DNA from: Candidatus Heimdallarchaeota archaeon
Lineage (GTDB): Archaea; Asgardarchaeota; Heimdallarchaeia; Heimdallarchaeales; Heimdallarchaeaceae
Assembly (NCBI GenBank): GCA_019057815.1
Contig: JAHLWR010000005.1
Span: forward strand, 64,001 to 128,000
Length of the DNA: 64,000 bases
Direction: 5' to 3'
The translations under genes were made by a program, and so were the position numbers. The notes below the pieces were generated by a model. That model saw nothing but the letters and a program-made list of their open reading frames with translations. It was not told where the DNA came from and made no database searches. Positions 23,677-33,240 of this stretch are shown here, piece by piece. Each line of letters begins with the position of its first letter. Position 1 is the stretch's first letter.

Positions 23677-23782
23677 GGGCCGGTAGATCAGAGGAAGATC
23701 GTCTCGTTCGCAACGAGAAGGCCTCGGGTTCAAAAATTTGTTTTCTGCGCGAAACAAAGTGAATATCCCGACCGGTCCACCA
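23677..23782 (+). tRNA. tRNA-Ala(CGC) with 31-nt intron in the T-loop (position 59/60; intron 23735-23765)
   Basis: GGGCCGG acceptor with G3-U70, anticodon arm TCTCG TT CGC AA CGAGA, T-arm TCGGG TTCAAA[intron]T CCCGA, 3' CCGGTCC ACCA; bulge-helix-bulge at the junctions. Confidence 0.92.
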
Positions 23783-23988
23783 TATAAGCCCTTCCCCTTA
23801 AAACAGCGATTTTTCAAATGTTAAGCCTTTCTCTTGTTTTAGACCGTTAAACCACTATTTAGAGGGGGGTCATTTGCCAGTTTATTATTAGAGGGGCTAA
23901 TTAGTTTATTTTCGAAACCTTAAAGAATGCGAAAAAGATTAAACACATATAACATCAAAGAAATATAAAATAATTTAGAGGAATAGTT

Positions 23989-25365
23989 ATGAAAGACGTT
24001 TTATCCTTTGTGCGAACTATTCGAGACCCCATATATGATGAAGTACGACTGACAGAGATAGAAAATAAAATTATTGACACGCCTATCTTTCAAAGGTTAC
24101 GATGGATTAGTCAACTATCTGGAGTTAGAGAAGTTTATCCTTCCGCAGTACACACTAGATTTACTCATAGTGTAGGAGTGATGTATTTAGCGGGACGTTA
24201 TGCACAAGAAGTTTTTAAATATCATGATGATGTAACAGAAAAAACACAGCTTGCTCGTTTAGCGGGACTTCTACACGATATAGGCCATGGTCCGTTCAGT
24301 CATACATATGATGATGTGGTATTCAAAAGAGTTTATCCAAAAGAAGCTCATGGTCATGATAAACATAGGGATAAAATTGTAAAATCTGAATTTATCAAAC
24401 CTCTTCTTGAAGAGTTCATTAATCCAGAAGAGCTAATGAAAATTTGGGATGGCAGAAGTGAATTATTACATCCTTTACTTCAGGGAGTATTAGGTGCCGA
24501 TAGATTAGACTTTATGCTTAGAGATTCAACTTTCGCGGGAACACTTCACTTTGGAATAATTGCAATTAATAGAATTATTAACAACACAACAATTCAACAA
24601 CATCAAGGTAAAGATGCCATACATTATAATTGGAAAGTACTTGATGACATTTATTCATCACTTATCGGTCGTTTCTTTGAATATAAGAACGTGTATTTCC
24701 ACAAAACTGCACGAGCAGCAGATATAACCATTCATGCAATGTTAAGCGAAGCTTGTGAGCCATTAGGATTAGTTGAGCGCACTAATAATCTTTCGAAATA
24801 TATCTATTTGAACGAGTACACTCTTGTAGGAGAAATTTTTGCTAATCAGTCTAATGAGCTTGTTAAGGCAAAAGCACATTTAAAAGACCTTCTAGATCGA
24901 CGACTCCATAAAGCTGTATGGGAAAAAATTATTGATGAATCTACTGCAAAATCTCTTGGAATCACCATTAACGAGCTTTGTAAACTTACAGCTCAAGAAT
25001 CTTTTATCAAAAATGTAATCAAATATGCAAAGGACAATAATCTCAAGTTGAAACATGAAATGAAGATTGATTCTACCTATAAACTTTCAACAATCAATGA
25101 ACTGGAATTTCAAACTTCAAACATTTATATCTATGATCCACATAATCGCATTAGCTCAGGAACCAAGTCTTTTACACTTAGTAAGGCATTGAATACTACT
25201 AAGTATATATCAACTTTTTCAGGATCAAGCGCTTATCGAACACTATTTACACTATTTAGAGTCTATGCTCATCCAGAAGATGTTAAGACTGTTAACCAAA
25301 TATGGAATGATATCAGATCACAAGAAGATGAATCATCAATGAATGTATCTCTAACTTCATATTAA
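23989..25365 (+). CDS. HD-domain phosphohydrolase (YwfO/SAMHD1-like dNTPase family)
   Basis: IRDPIY, FQRLR, HTRFTHS.G, LLHDIGHGPFSH, ADRLDFMLRD, VYFHKT. Confidence 0.92.
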   Translation: MKDVLSFVRTIRDPIYDEVRLTEIENKIIDTPIFQRLRWISQLSGVREVYPSAVHTRFTHSVGVMYLAGRYAQEVFKYHDDVTEKTQLARLAGLLHDIGHGPFSHTYDDVVFKRVYPKEAHGHDKHRDKIVKSEFIKPLLEEFINPEELMKIWDGRSELLHPLLQGVLGADRLDFMLRDSTFAGTLHFGIIAINRIINNTTIQQHQGKDAIHYNWKVLDDIYSSLIGRFFEYKNVYFHKTARAADITIHAMLSEACEPLGLVERTNNLSKYIYLNEYTLVGEIFANQSNELVKAKAHLKDLLDRRLHKAVWEKIIDESTAKSLGITINELCKLTAQESFIKNVIKYAKDNNLKLKHEMKIDSTYKLSTINELEFQTSNIYIYDPHNRISSGTKSFTLSKALNTTKYISTFSGSSAYRTLFTLFRVYAHPEDVKTVNQIWNDIRSQEDESSMNVSLTSY

Positions 25366-25372
25366 GTTGAAA

Positions 25373-25762
25373 TTAACGACTAACAGATAAATTTTCTTTA
25401 TACACTTCTGTCGCTTTGTTTACTAATTGTATCCCTGATTTCATGCGTGAAAACAAATAATTAAGAGAAGTTGCCGCGCGCTCTATTTCTTCCTCTGCGA
25501 CATATTGTTGGCTTTGTGATATTGAGTATAATCCAGTGTTAGCGAATGTAACAGTCTTATTTTTGCATAGGTTACGAATGCGATTAGATACTCTTTCAGA
25601 AATAACAGAATAACCATTAAAATACCAATCTAAATCATCTAGTTCATCTTCTTTTGCTCTAATTAGAAATAAACTACTATGTATAATTTCCTCGTTTCTC
25701 GGTAAAATTTTTTTTACAACACCAAGTATATAACGGTCAACTATATTGCATTCCCCAGTCAT
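25373..25762 (-). CDS. Hypothetical protein, possible YwgA/DUF4065-like winged helix
   Basis: IHSSLFLI...WYFNGYSVISERV..RI.NLC loosely resembles YwgA LQK.I(F/Y)...F.FYGPYSEEL..RIEELC. Confidence 0.45.
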   Translation of the reverse strand: MTGECNIVDRYILGVVKKILPRNEEIIHSSLFLIRAKEDELDDLDWYFNGYSVISERVSNRIRNLCKNKTVTFANTGLYSISQSQQYVAEEEIERAATSLNYLFSRMKSGIQLVNKATEVYKENLSVSR

Positions 25763-25834
25763 TAGAGTATACTATTGTCTATCACTCAAAAATTTCTGTA
25801 ATACGTCTTTTTCTGCTTATGGGGAAAATTTAGT

Positions 25835-27247
25835 TTAATGGGAATGTACAAAAGTAAAAGCGCTTTCTAGACATTCACAGATTTTTGATTTCAGTGTTAC
25901 CTCACTTAGTAGGTCATTATACGATAAGAAAAGCACATTATATTCATTCAATATCTTGAAAGCACCATTTTCTAAAACATCTGCAATGGTAATGCAGAGG
26001 AATTTATTCCTTAAACCCGCAATAGAGGAAAGTTCATCCAATATTTCGTAAGCTTGGGTTTGATTTAAAATTCCTTTAAAGATTCTAACAAAAATATAAA
26101 AAGAACCTTTTCTTAACACTAAATCATTGTTTTCCTCGAATATAATCGTCTCTTTAAAATCGAAATCTTTCAGAATGTTGCTGACGCGATGCTTGATGAA
26201 TTCATTGTCTAGTCCATTGTTTAATGGTTGTGTAGAAGGAATAATGACATCATCAATATTGGTGCAAAGGTTTTGGGAATTTTCATTATTCTGTATCTCA
26301 ATAACATTCTGTTCCACTCGAACATTCACAAAATCGTTATCAGGAACAACGTCCGCTTTTAGGGATGGAAAAGGCTTGTTTTGGTGCACTGTTTTAGATA
26401 AGAGATGTTGGGGAATATTAGGTGAAAGTGGTTCTTTAGGTTTCTTTTTTATTTTATAATTATGATCCTTGGGGGGCTTCTTTTGTAGTAAATCATTGAT
26501 CTTAATTACGTCACTTAATGCACCTTCGTGCTTAATCCAGGGAACAAGGAATCTAAAATTAGTCAAATGCCTTGAAACAGATTTTTTTGAAAGTAAAGAG
26601 AGTTTAGAATCAATTTTAGTTGAATTTGCTTTAATAAATCTGCAAAATACTTGATTTTTGCGCTTTATCTCAAGTAAATTATAATCCTCTGATATAAAAA
26701 AGATACTCCATCTAAGGGAATTGTTATCACCGCTTTTAGTATTTGGAAATTGTGTCACAATTACCGAGAAAACATCTGTTTGGATAAGAGATTTAGTAAG
26801 TTTAGTGAGTGCTTTTTGCGTTTGTGCTGCTTTTTTGTTAACAGAAGACAATATATAGGTTAAGAAATATTTCTTTGTTCCATCTTCAAACAATATTTCA
26901 AGTGCATAGTCCTTTTGAACTATTTTTTTAATAGAAGGTGTAAAAAAATTGTTTGTGTTATTCAACAGTTTGAGAGAATAATTAGAAGACAAACGGTGTA
27001 CAAGATTATGAATATCTGTAGATTTTTTGTTGTTTGTTGAAAAATCATATATTATTAGAAATTGTGAATCACTTGATAATTTAATAGAAAACAAAATGTT
27101 CTTAGAAATAAGTTCAGTAATCATGTTTGTTATAACTCTTTCATTCTCCACAAAAGGTATTTCAAGAACACTTATGAATAATGTATCTTTTGGTTGTTTC
27201 CACTCGATAATATTACTGTTAGTTTTCATTGCATCAGCATTAGCCAT
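25835..27247 (-). CDS. Hypothetical protein with C-terminal degenerate Mrr/PD-(D/E)xK-like domain
   Basis: 470-aa ORF; C-terminal DLVLRK..FYIFVRIF...CITIADVL..GA...L..YNVLFLS..DL. Confidence 0.55.
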   Translation of the reverse strand: MANADAMKTNSNIIEWKQPKDTLFISVLEIPFVENERVITNMITELISKNILFSIKLSSDSQFLIIYDFSTNNKKSTDIHNLVHRLSSNYSLKLLNNTNNFFTPSIKKIVQKDYALEILFEDGTKKYFLTYILSSVNKKAAQTQKALTKLTKSLIQTDVFSVIVTQFPNTKSGDNNSLRWSIFFISEDYNLLEIKRKNQVFCRFIKANSTKIDSKLSLLSKKSVSRHLTNFRFLVPWIKHEGALSDVIKINDLLQKKPPKDHNYKIKKKPKEPLSPNIPQHLLSKTVHQNKPFPSLKADVVPDNDFVNVRVEQNVIEIQNNENSQNLCTNIDDVIIPSTQPLNNGLDNEFIKHRVSNILKDFDFKETIIFEENNDLVLRKGSFYIFVRIFKGILNQTQAYEILDELSSIAGLRNKFLCITIADVLENGAFKILNEYNVLFLSYNDLLSEVTLKSKICECLESAFTFVHSH

Positions 27248-27338
27248 TGTAAAAACCCAATAACTGGTTTGCCTTTTATAATATATACTAATAATATTAT
27301 ATAAACTCCAAAAAACAGGGTTTTGTATCGTTCGGACA

Positions 27339-28751
27339 TTAATTTTCCAATAAGAGAGCCAAAACAGATATTGTGTCTCCTACCCCAACAAGTTGTTGTG
27401 CAGATTTTACTATAATTGTTGGGATTCCAACTACTGTGAATGAGTCTGTACTTACAATACCATCTTCAATCTCATCTATACTTTTGTATTCTAATCTTAG
27501 GAAAGTGATTAGTCTTTCTATTTCGTCATAGCCACTTTTGGAAATACTACAAGGTACCTTATTAATTTCAACAATAGAACAAATCGAGCTATTTTTTGCT
27601 TTGACTGCTGCAAAAACAGCTGAGAGAATTAAAGCTTGTTTCCGTTTTATTGCATATTTTTCATGTAATCTCGATGAAATAGTGAGATAATAACCCAAAT
27701 AGTGTAGATGAATACGAAGATGTGGATATTTTACCCAAATATTCAATATTCCCTCAAACAGATTTATTGAAGACATTTCGTTTCGTAACTTTTTGTAAGT
27801 TGTAACATTAGTAGTTTCTAATATCGAAAGAAGTTCTTGTTCATTTAAACCAATTGAATTTACTAAGGGTAGTAAACGTTGGAAAATAATTTCTATGAGC
27901 CTTTTATCTCTTGTAGCTGCAAATTCAATATGTATTTTCAGATCTGGATTGAGCTTTTTCCATTCCTTGAACATCGAGATTATGGGTGCAATGATATCAT
28001 AGTGTGTTGTATTGTCTTGAGTTTCTGGGTTTACGAGATGGAACCCTGAAACAATCGCTATCGAATATTTTTGAATGTTTTCAAGACTATATTTCTTAAA
28101 GCAGTTTTTTATTTCGAGTAAAGAGTTAACCGTGTCATGAGAGGCTATGAATCTATTTTGCCTTGGACATTCAATAGAATTGGATGCAGCTAGGTGGTAT
28201 ATTCCCTTATCGAATTCAAATATATAGTGAATTAACCTTTTATTTTCAAAATCTTGAAGTTTGGTAATAGATTGAACTAAGCATACGCCCTTAGAATCAA
28301 ATGATATATTGATTTTATCATGTAATAAACCACTAAAGCTTTCATCATAAACTGGAAGACTTAGTAATACATCAGCTAATTCTAGTTTTGTTAAAAGATT
28401 AGCCATTATACCTGCTTGACCCCCTATTTTAATCTCATCAATAACAAAAGTATTTTCTATCCAGTCACAAACATCTTTAGCCACAATTAATTTTTCATCT
28501 GCTTTTCCCCCTTCAATAGCATTTAGTAAACATAAAATAAAGGACTCAATTGAATTTATATCCGTTGGAATTTTGTTTTGTAATAAAGTTCCATTCAGAT
28601 TCTTTGATTTTAAACCTCGTAGTGTGTCAGTTCCAATTCTAATTATCTTATCGATATTAACATTAAAACCAATTATTACTTGTTGCGACTCCTTTTTTTT
28701 TGATAGAAATGATTCAATCGTACTCGAATAGAGTTTATTCCACGTTTCCAT
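27339..28751 (-). CDS. ADP-dependent glucokinase/phosphofructokinase family
   Basis: GFNVNID, IGGQAGIMAN, IHYIFEF, PRQNRFI, VSGFH, HIEFA, SIGLNEQE, VGVGDTIS. Confidence 0.93.
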   Translation of the reverse strand: METWNKLYSSTIESFLSKKKESQQVIIGFNVNIDKIIRIGTDTLRGLKSKNLNGTLLQNKIPTDINSIESFILCLLNAIEGGKADEKLIVAKDVCDWIENTFVIDEIKIGGQAGIMANLLTKLELADVLLSLPVYDESFSGLLHDKINISFDSKGVCLVQSITKLQDFENKRLIHYIFEFDKGIYHLAASNSIECPRQNRFIASHDTVNSLLEIKNCFKKYSLENIQKYSIAIVSGFHLVNPETQDNTTHYDIIAPIISMFKEWKKLNPDLKIHIEFAATRDKRLIEIIFQRLLPLVNSIGLNEQELLSILETTNVTTYKKLRNEMSSINLFEGILNIWVKYPHLRIHLHYLGYYLTISSRLHEKYAIKRKQALILSAVFAAVKAKNSSICSIVEINKVPCSISKSGYDEIERLITFLRLEYKSIDEIEDGIVSTDSFTVVGIPTIIVKSAQQLVGVGDTISVLALLLEN

Positions 28752-28792
28752 GCTCGTATAGTGAGTTGACGATAATCTTATAAAGTCTTTTT

Positions 28793-28851
28793 TACAAGAA
28801 AATGATGAGTGTGATTACTTGGACTGGCGATAGCTTTTCCTGATTTTTGTA
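28793..28851 (+). ncRNA. Box C/D sRNA (dual-guide 2'-O-methylation guide candidate)
   Basis: 8-bp terminal stem TACAAGAA/TTTTTGTA, box C ATGATGA 28802-28808, degenerate D' TGGA and C' TGGCGA, box D CTGA 28840-28843; both spacers complementary to conserved rRNA motifs. Confidence 0.75.
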
Positions 28852-28951
28852 CAGAATCTATAAGGTTAGTTTACAGCTCTTCCTCTATAACTCACACTTT
28901 CAGTATGTATTTCTCAAAGAAGTGTTTGTTTTGACAAAAAACTTAGGGGGT

Positions 28952-30058
28952 ATGAATATTGGAAAAAAAACGGAATACAGCAGTATTCTTGAAGAATTTG
29001 GAATCTCAAAGATTAAGAAAGAGCTCTCACGCATTGGTACAGATCACCTTTTCTTCCGAAGAGGTATTGTTTTCGCCCACAGGGATTTTGATAAAATTCT
29101 AAATCGCATAGAGCAAAAAAAGGAATGGGCAATTATCAGTGGGAGAGGACCATCCAATGATTTAACTTATGGTCATCTTATCTTATTTGAACTCATTAAA
29201 TACTTGCAGGAGAAATACCAGTGTCAATTCTTCTTACCTTTTTCAGATGACGAAAAATACGTCTTTAGGAAAATTGATTCACTAAAATCAGCATATAATT
29301 TGGCTTTGAAAAATGCCATTGACATATTTGCTCTTGGTTTTCAACCTAATCAAGTACATGCATATATTTCAAGTTCTACTCCAAGAATTGCATATCTAGC
29401 TTTAACATTCTCAGTCAATCTTACATATAATTCCATTAAATCTGCTCTTGGTTTAATTGGAGATGAGAATATAGGCACACCATACTATTCGTGCATCCAA
29501 GCAGCGCATATACTCCACCCAACAACTGATTACGACCTCCCTGTTGTGGTACCAATAGGACTTGACCAAGACGTGTTCATGAGACTTACAAGAGATGTAG
29601 CAAGGAAAAGAAGAATTACCTTACCAGCTTCATTATACATTAAATACCTAAAAGGATTGGATGGTAGTCCAATGTCCTCTTCCAATCCAGAAAACTGCAT
29701 TTTCCTTAGAGATGGTTCCCAAATTGTAAAAAAGAAAATCTTAAGAGCTTTTACTGGGGGAAGAGCAACGATAAAAGAACAAAGGGAACTAGGTGCTAAC
29801 CCAGAGATTTGTACTATTTATGATTTTTTTGAGAAACTCTTCATTAAGGACGATAAAGAGCTAGCAGATATATGTAGAAGATGTAAAAATGGGGAAATCA
29901 TTTGTGGTCTCGATTGTAAACCTAAACTTATTAGTTTAATTCACGAATTCCAAAAACAATTTGAACAAAGAAAGAAAGGTATAATTAAGAATCTTCACAG
30001 ATATTTTGATCACGAAATAGATATGTCAGAAATCAACGTTAAAAGTGATTCCAAGTGA
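28952..30058 (+). CDS. trpS: Tryptophanyl-tRNA synthetase (archaeal/eukaryotic type)
   Basis: SGRGPS..LTYGH, SDDEKY, PIGLDQD, MSSS, AFTGGRAT, CGLDCK; likely start ATG 28952. Confidence 0.9.
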   Translation: MNIGKKTEYSSILEEFGISKIKKELSRIGTDHLFFRRGIVFAHRDFDKILNRIEQKKEWAIISGRGPSNDLTYGHLILFELIKYLQEKYQCQFFLPFSDDEKYVFRKIDSLKSAYNLALKNAIDIFALGFQPNQVHAYISSSTPRIAYLALTFSVNLTYNSIKSALGLIGDENIGTPYYSCIQAAHILHPTTDYDLPVVVPIGLDQDVFMRLTRDVARKRRITLPASLYIKYLKGLDGSPMSSSNPENCIFLRDGSQIVKKKILRAFTGGRATIKEQRELGANPEICTIYDFFEKLFIKDDKELADICRRCKNGEIICGLDCKPKLISLIHEFQKQFEQRKKGIIKNLHRYFDHEIDMSEINVKSDSK

Positions 30059-31170
30059 ATGAAGAAAAAGAGAACCGTAACCCATTTAGAAGGGTTTCTC
30101 ATATTTCCCCAGTTAAAGATATCATCGAATACTCCTTTAGTCGGTCCCAGTCTGCTATCGCAAAAAAACAAAAAAAACGTAGAACACGTGAAGAGAAAAT
30201 CGCGGCTAATGAAAAGGCAAAAGTCTCAGTTTTAGCGACAGAATTTATAACAAGATTAGACAATATAGTGATAAAATTTCCTTCAATAGACCAACTACAC
30301 CCATTTTATAAAGAAATTTGTGATTTAATTGGAGGTACAGACAAAATAAAAAAGATTCTCGGGAGAATTAGTGGAATTTCTAGACAAATCGAAAAAATTA
30401 AAGTAGAACTAATAGAAAAACTTGATCAGACAGATCACCCGGTCACAATGGCAGAAATAAGAAGAGAAGCTGGTGGAAGGTTTGTTTCTCTAGTTAAAAA
30501 AGCTCAAGGAGATATTAAACAGTTAATTAGATTTATAAAACAATTGAAAGCTGTACCCGATTTTGACGTTTCTCTACCTACAGTGGTTGTTGCAGGAGCT
30601 CCAAATGTGGGAAAATCCTCACTTGTAAGAGAAATATCAACAGGAACACCAGAAATAGGAGAATATCCCTTCACAACAAAGAAAATTATCTTTGGACACT
30701 GGGATTTACTCTATACAATTGCCCAAGTTGTAGATACACCAGGTTTGTTAGATAGACCATTTAAAGAGAGAAATATAATCGAACTCCAAAGTATTACTTC
30801 AATTCGTCACATCGCAGATATTATTGTATTTATGTTTGATTTATCAAAAGAAACTGCACTTCCACAGCAAGAGCAGTTGAATCTATTTAATGATATTATA
30901 GAAAAATTCCCAGAAACACCAGTTATCAAAGTCTTAAACAAAGTTGACATTTTGTCACCAACAAAGATTGAAGAAACACAAATATCTTTAAATCAAGACT
31001 TCAACATCTCAACTTTAACAAAAGAAGGCATACCAAATTTTACTATTAAACTAAAAGAAGCATTAGATCAAGTTATAAAAACCAATGAGAAATTCAAAAG
31101 CTTACTGCAATTGGAAATAGCAGAAGAATATATCTATAAAAGTGATGAAAAAATGGATTACGACATTTAG
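30055..31170 (+). CDS. Nog1-family GTPase (ribosome biogenesis)
   Basis: LHPFY, GAPNVGKSS, YPFTTK, DTPGLLDRP..ERN.IE, NKVD. Confidence 0.93.
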   Translation: MNEEKENRNPFRRVSHISPVKDIIEYSFSRSQSAIAKKQKKRRTREEKIAANEKAKVSVLATEFITRLDNIVIKFPSIDQLHPFYKEICDLIGGTDKIKKILGRISGISRQIEKIKVELIEKLDQTDHPVTMAEIRREAGGRFVSLVKKAQGDIKQLIRFIKQLKAVPDFDVSLPTVVVAGAPNVGKSSLVREISTGTPEIGEYPFTTKKIIFGHWDLLYTIAQVVDTPGLLDRPFKERNIIELQSITSIRHIADIIVFMFDLSKETALPQQEQLNLFNDIIEKFPETPVIKVLNKVDILSPTKIEETQISLNQDFNISTLTKEGIPNFTIKLKEALDQVIKTNEKFKSLLQLEIAEEYIYKSDEKMDYDI

Positions 31171-31320
31171 TAATTTTTCTAAAGATAGTTCATTACTAGA
31201 GAAAAAATCTATGGTTTTGTAGGTAAAACCGCTAAAGTTGAGTGCTAAAAAGTTGAACCAATAGATGCGAGATTCAAATCCTGTTTGGAACATTCTTAAA
31301 CAACTCCAATTACAAGTTGT

Positions 31321-32064
31321 TTACACGAACATTCCTTTATCTGTGTCGTTTTCTTTTCCTGTCTTTGTTTTACTAGCTTGCAACAATGATTGTATTTCCT
31401 TTTCAATTTTTTCCGCTTGTTCAAGTAACCCCTCAACCTCAATTGGTGTATTAAGTACTTTGCTTATCTCTTCAACTGCTACGCTAGCAGCTACTGGGTC
31501 AGGTCTTGATCGTTCTGCATATGGCAATAGAGATAATGCAGGGAAATTCTTTAATTCATAAAACATCAACAGATACGCCAATGGTCCTGTAACATACAAA
31601 CCCTCGTCTAAGATTGGCAAGTCTAAAGATGGATTTTCTTTGAGGAAATTTTGAGTATAAATTACTTTCAGTCTGTTTTCGTCCTGTAGTCTCCTATCTA
31701 GACCACCAACAAGTATTGTTTGCTTGAATTTTTCTTCTATTGACCATTCAACAATTGTTTTTGTAAATTTTAGATGTTCTGTTTTTATCGGTTCAAAGAT
31801 TGGTAGAACAATTACAAGATCATCTTTTCTATATATTTCAAATGGAAATGTGATTTTTTTATTTTTGATCGTGATAAATTGAGGAAGATTATCAGTAATA
31901 ATAAAACCTATTCTCTCTGCTCCTAATTTGTCAACAATGTGGCTTATAGATATAAAACCACATTCACCAATGCCGTGCCAACCGTTCAAAAGAGTGCAAC
32001 CTTCAAAGTTTTGTTTCTCCTTAAAAATAAACTGAATATCATCATAGTTACTTATTGATTCCAT
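31321..32064 (-). CDS. PAC2-family proteasome assembly chaperone
   Basis: GWHGIGECG, ILVGGLD, VTGPLAYLL, RPDPVAA, L...AEKIE; C-terminal GMFV. Confidence 0.85.
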   Translation of the reverse strand: MESISNYDDIQFIFKEKQNFEGCTLLNGWHGIGECGFISISHIVDKLGAERIGFIITDNLPQFITIKNKKITFPFEIYRKDDLVIVLPIFEPIKTEHLKFTKTIVEWSIEEKFKQTILVGGLDRRLQDENRLKVIYTQNFLKENPSLDLPILDEGLYVTGPLAYLLMFYELKNFPALSLLPYAERSRPDPVAASVAVEEISKVLNTPIEVEGLLEQAEKIEKEIQSLLQASKTKTGKENDTDKGMFV

Positions 32065-32224
32065 CTCATTATCTCCTTAACATTAATTTATACCACTTGC
32101 TTTTTAATGACTAGGTTTTATGATATAATTCTGTCTTCTTGTCGCCTAACAGAATCTTTCGCGGAGAGCCAAGGCTGGAAACAAAAAGTTATCATAAAAT
32201 AAAAAAAGAAATAAAAAGAGGAAA

Positions 32225-32959
32225 TTATTTCTTCCCTTTTCTTCTTCCACTTCTTCTAGCTGCAATCAGGCCTACTTTTCTACCTGGTTGAGCATTTCGA
32301 GAAACAGTTGTTGAACGAGGGGGTCCTTGATGAGCACCACCACCATGTGGATGAGAGACAGGATTCATAGCTACTCCCCTGACTTTTGGCCAATAATGTC
32401 CTTTTGCTTTCATAAGATGATGTTTAACTCCTGCCTTGACGAATGGCTTTTCTGTTCGCCCGCCACCAGCTACAATGCCAATCGTTGCTCTACACCTTTG
32501 AGGAATTTCCTTCATTTCACCACTAGGTAGTTGAAGCGTAAGTTTACCTTTATCGCGGCCTAGAATTGTTGCATATCCCCCACTAGAGCGAATTAACCGC
32601 CCTCCATCTCCTGGAGTAAGTTCAATATTAAAGACAGGGGCTCCATCTGGAATAGCTTGTAATGGCATTGTGTTTCCTAGGCTAACAGTTGCTTCTGAAC
32701 CGTACTCTATTGTTTGTCCTACTCGTATTCCTTCAGAAGGTAGAATTATTTTCTTTAATCCATCGTCAAAAAGTATCTCGGCTACAGGAGCACCTCTACC
32801 TGGATCATGAACGATGTCTTTTACAACACCAGTTATTATTCCTGAATATTCAATTTTAGCTATTTTCCTATATTTAACACTACCTTTCTTTTTATGGGAA
32901 GCAGCTCGAAATTGTGAAGTTCCTCTACCTCTCCTTTGAACAAGAATTTTCTTACCCAT
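32225..32959 (-). CDS. rpl2: 50S ribosomal protein L2
   Basis: HDPGRGAP, VRGVAMNPVSHPHGGG. Confidence 0.99.
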   Translation of the reverse strand: MGKKILVQRRGRGTSQFRAASHKKKGSVKYRKIAKIEYSGIITGVVKDIVHDPGRGAPVAEILFDDGLKKIILPSEGIRVGQTIEYGSEATVSLGNTMPLQAIPDGAPVFNIELTPGDGGRLIRSSGGYATILGRDKGKLTLQLPSGEMKEIPQRCRATIGIVAGGGRTEKPFVKAGVKHHLMKAKGHYWPKVRGVAMNPVSHPHGGGAHQGPPRSTTVSRNAQPGRKVGLIAARRSGRRKGKK

Positions 32960-32972
32960 TTTATCACCTTCT

Positions 32973-33233
32973 TTAGAATAACCCCATCTTTGAGGCTATA
33001 TCAGCAGCATCATCAAATTCACTAAGTCTAACATAGGCTTTCTTTTGTCCTTGAGGTGTTATTAAAGTGTTTATTTTCACAACTTGAACGTTATACAACT
33101 TTTCCATAGTGTGCTTTATTTGGTGTTTAGTTGCTTGTCTATCAACTAGAATTACTAGTTTGTTTTCCTTTTCAATCAGTTCAAAATCTTTTTCACTAAT
33201 CAAAGGTTTAATTACTATTTTATATTCATCCAT
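32973..33233 (-). CDS. rpl23: 50S ribosomal protein L23
   Basis: PLISEK, ENKL, KINTL, KKAYVRL. Confidence 0.97.
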   Translation of the reverse strand: MDEYKIVIKPLISEKDFELIEKENKLVILVDRQATKHQIKHTMEKLYNVQVVKINTLITPQGQKKAYVRLSEFDDAADIASKMGLF

Positions 33234-33240
33234 TTTTCAC

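Noticed and set aside
23786-23900. G-strings (AGAGGGG twice) and a C-rich tract after tRNA-Ala, as possible ORBs or an att/MITE scar
   Set aside because: They lack the ORB inverted core, I saw no duplicated tRNA 3' end, and no integrase is present.
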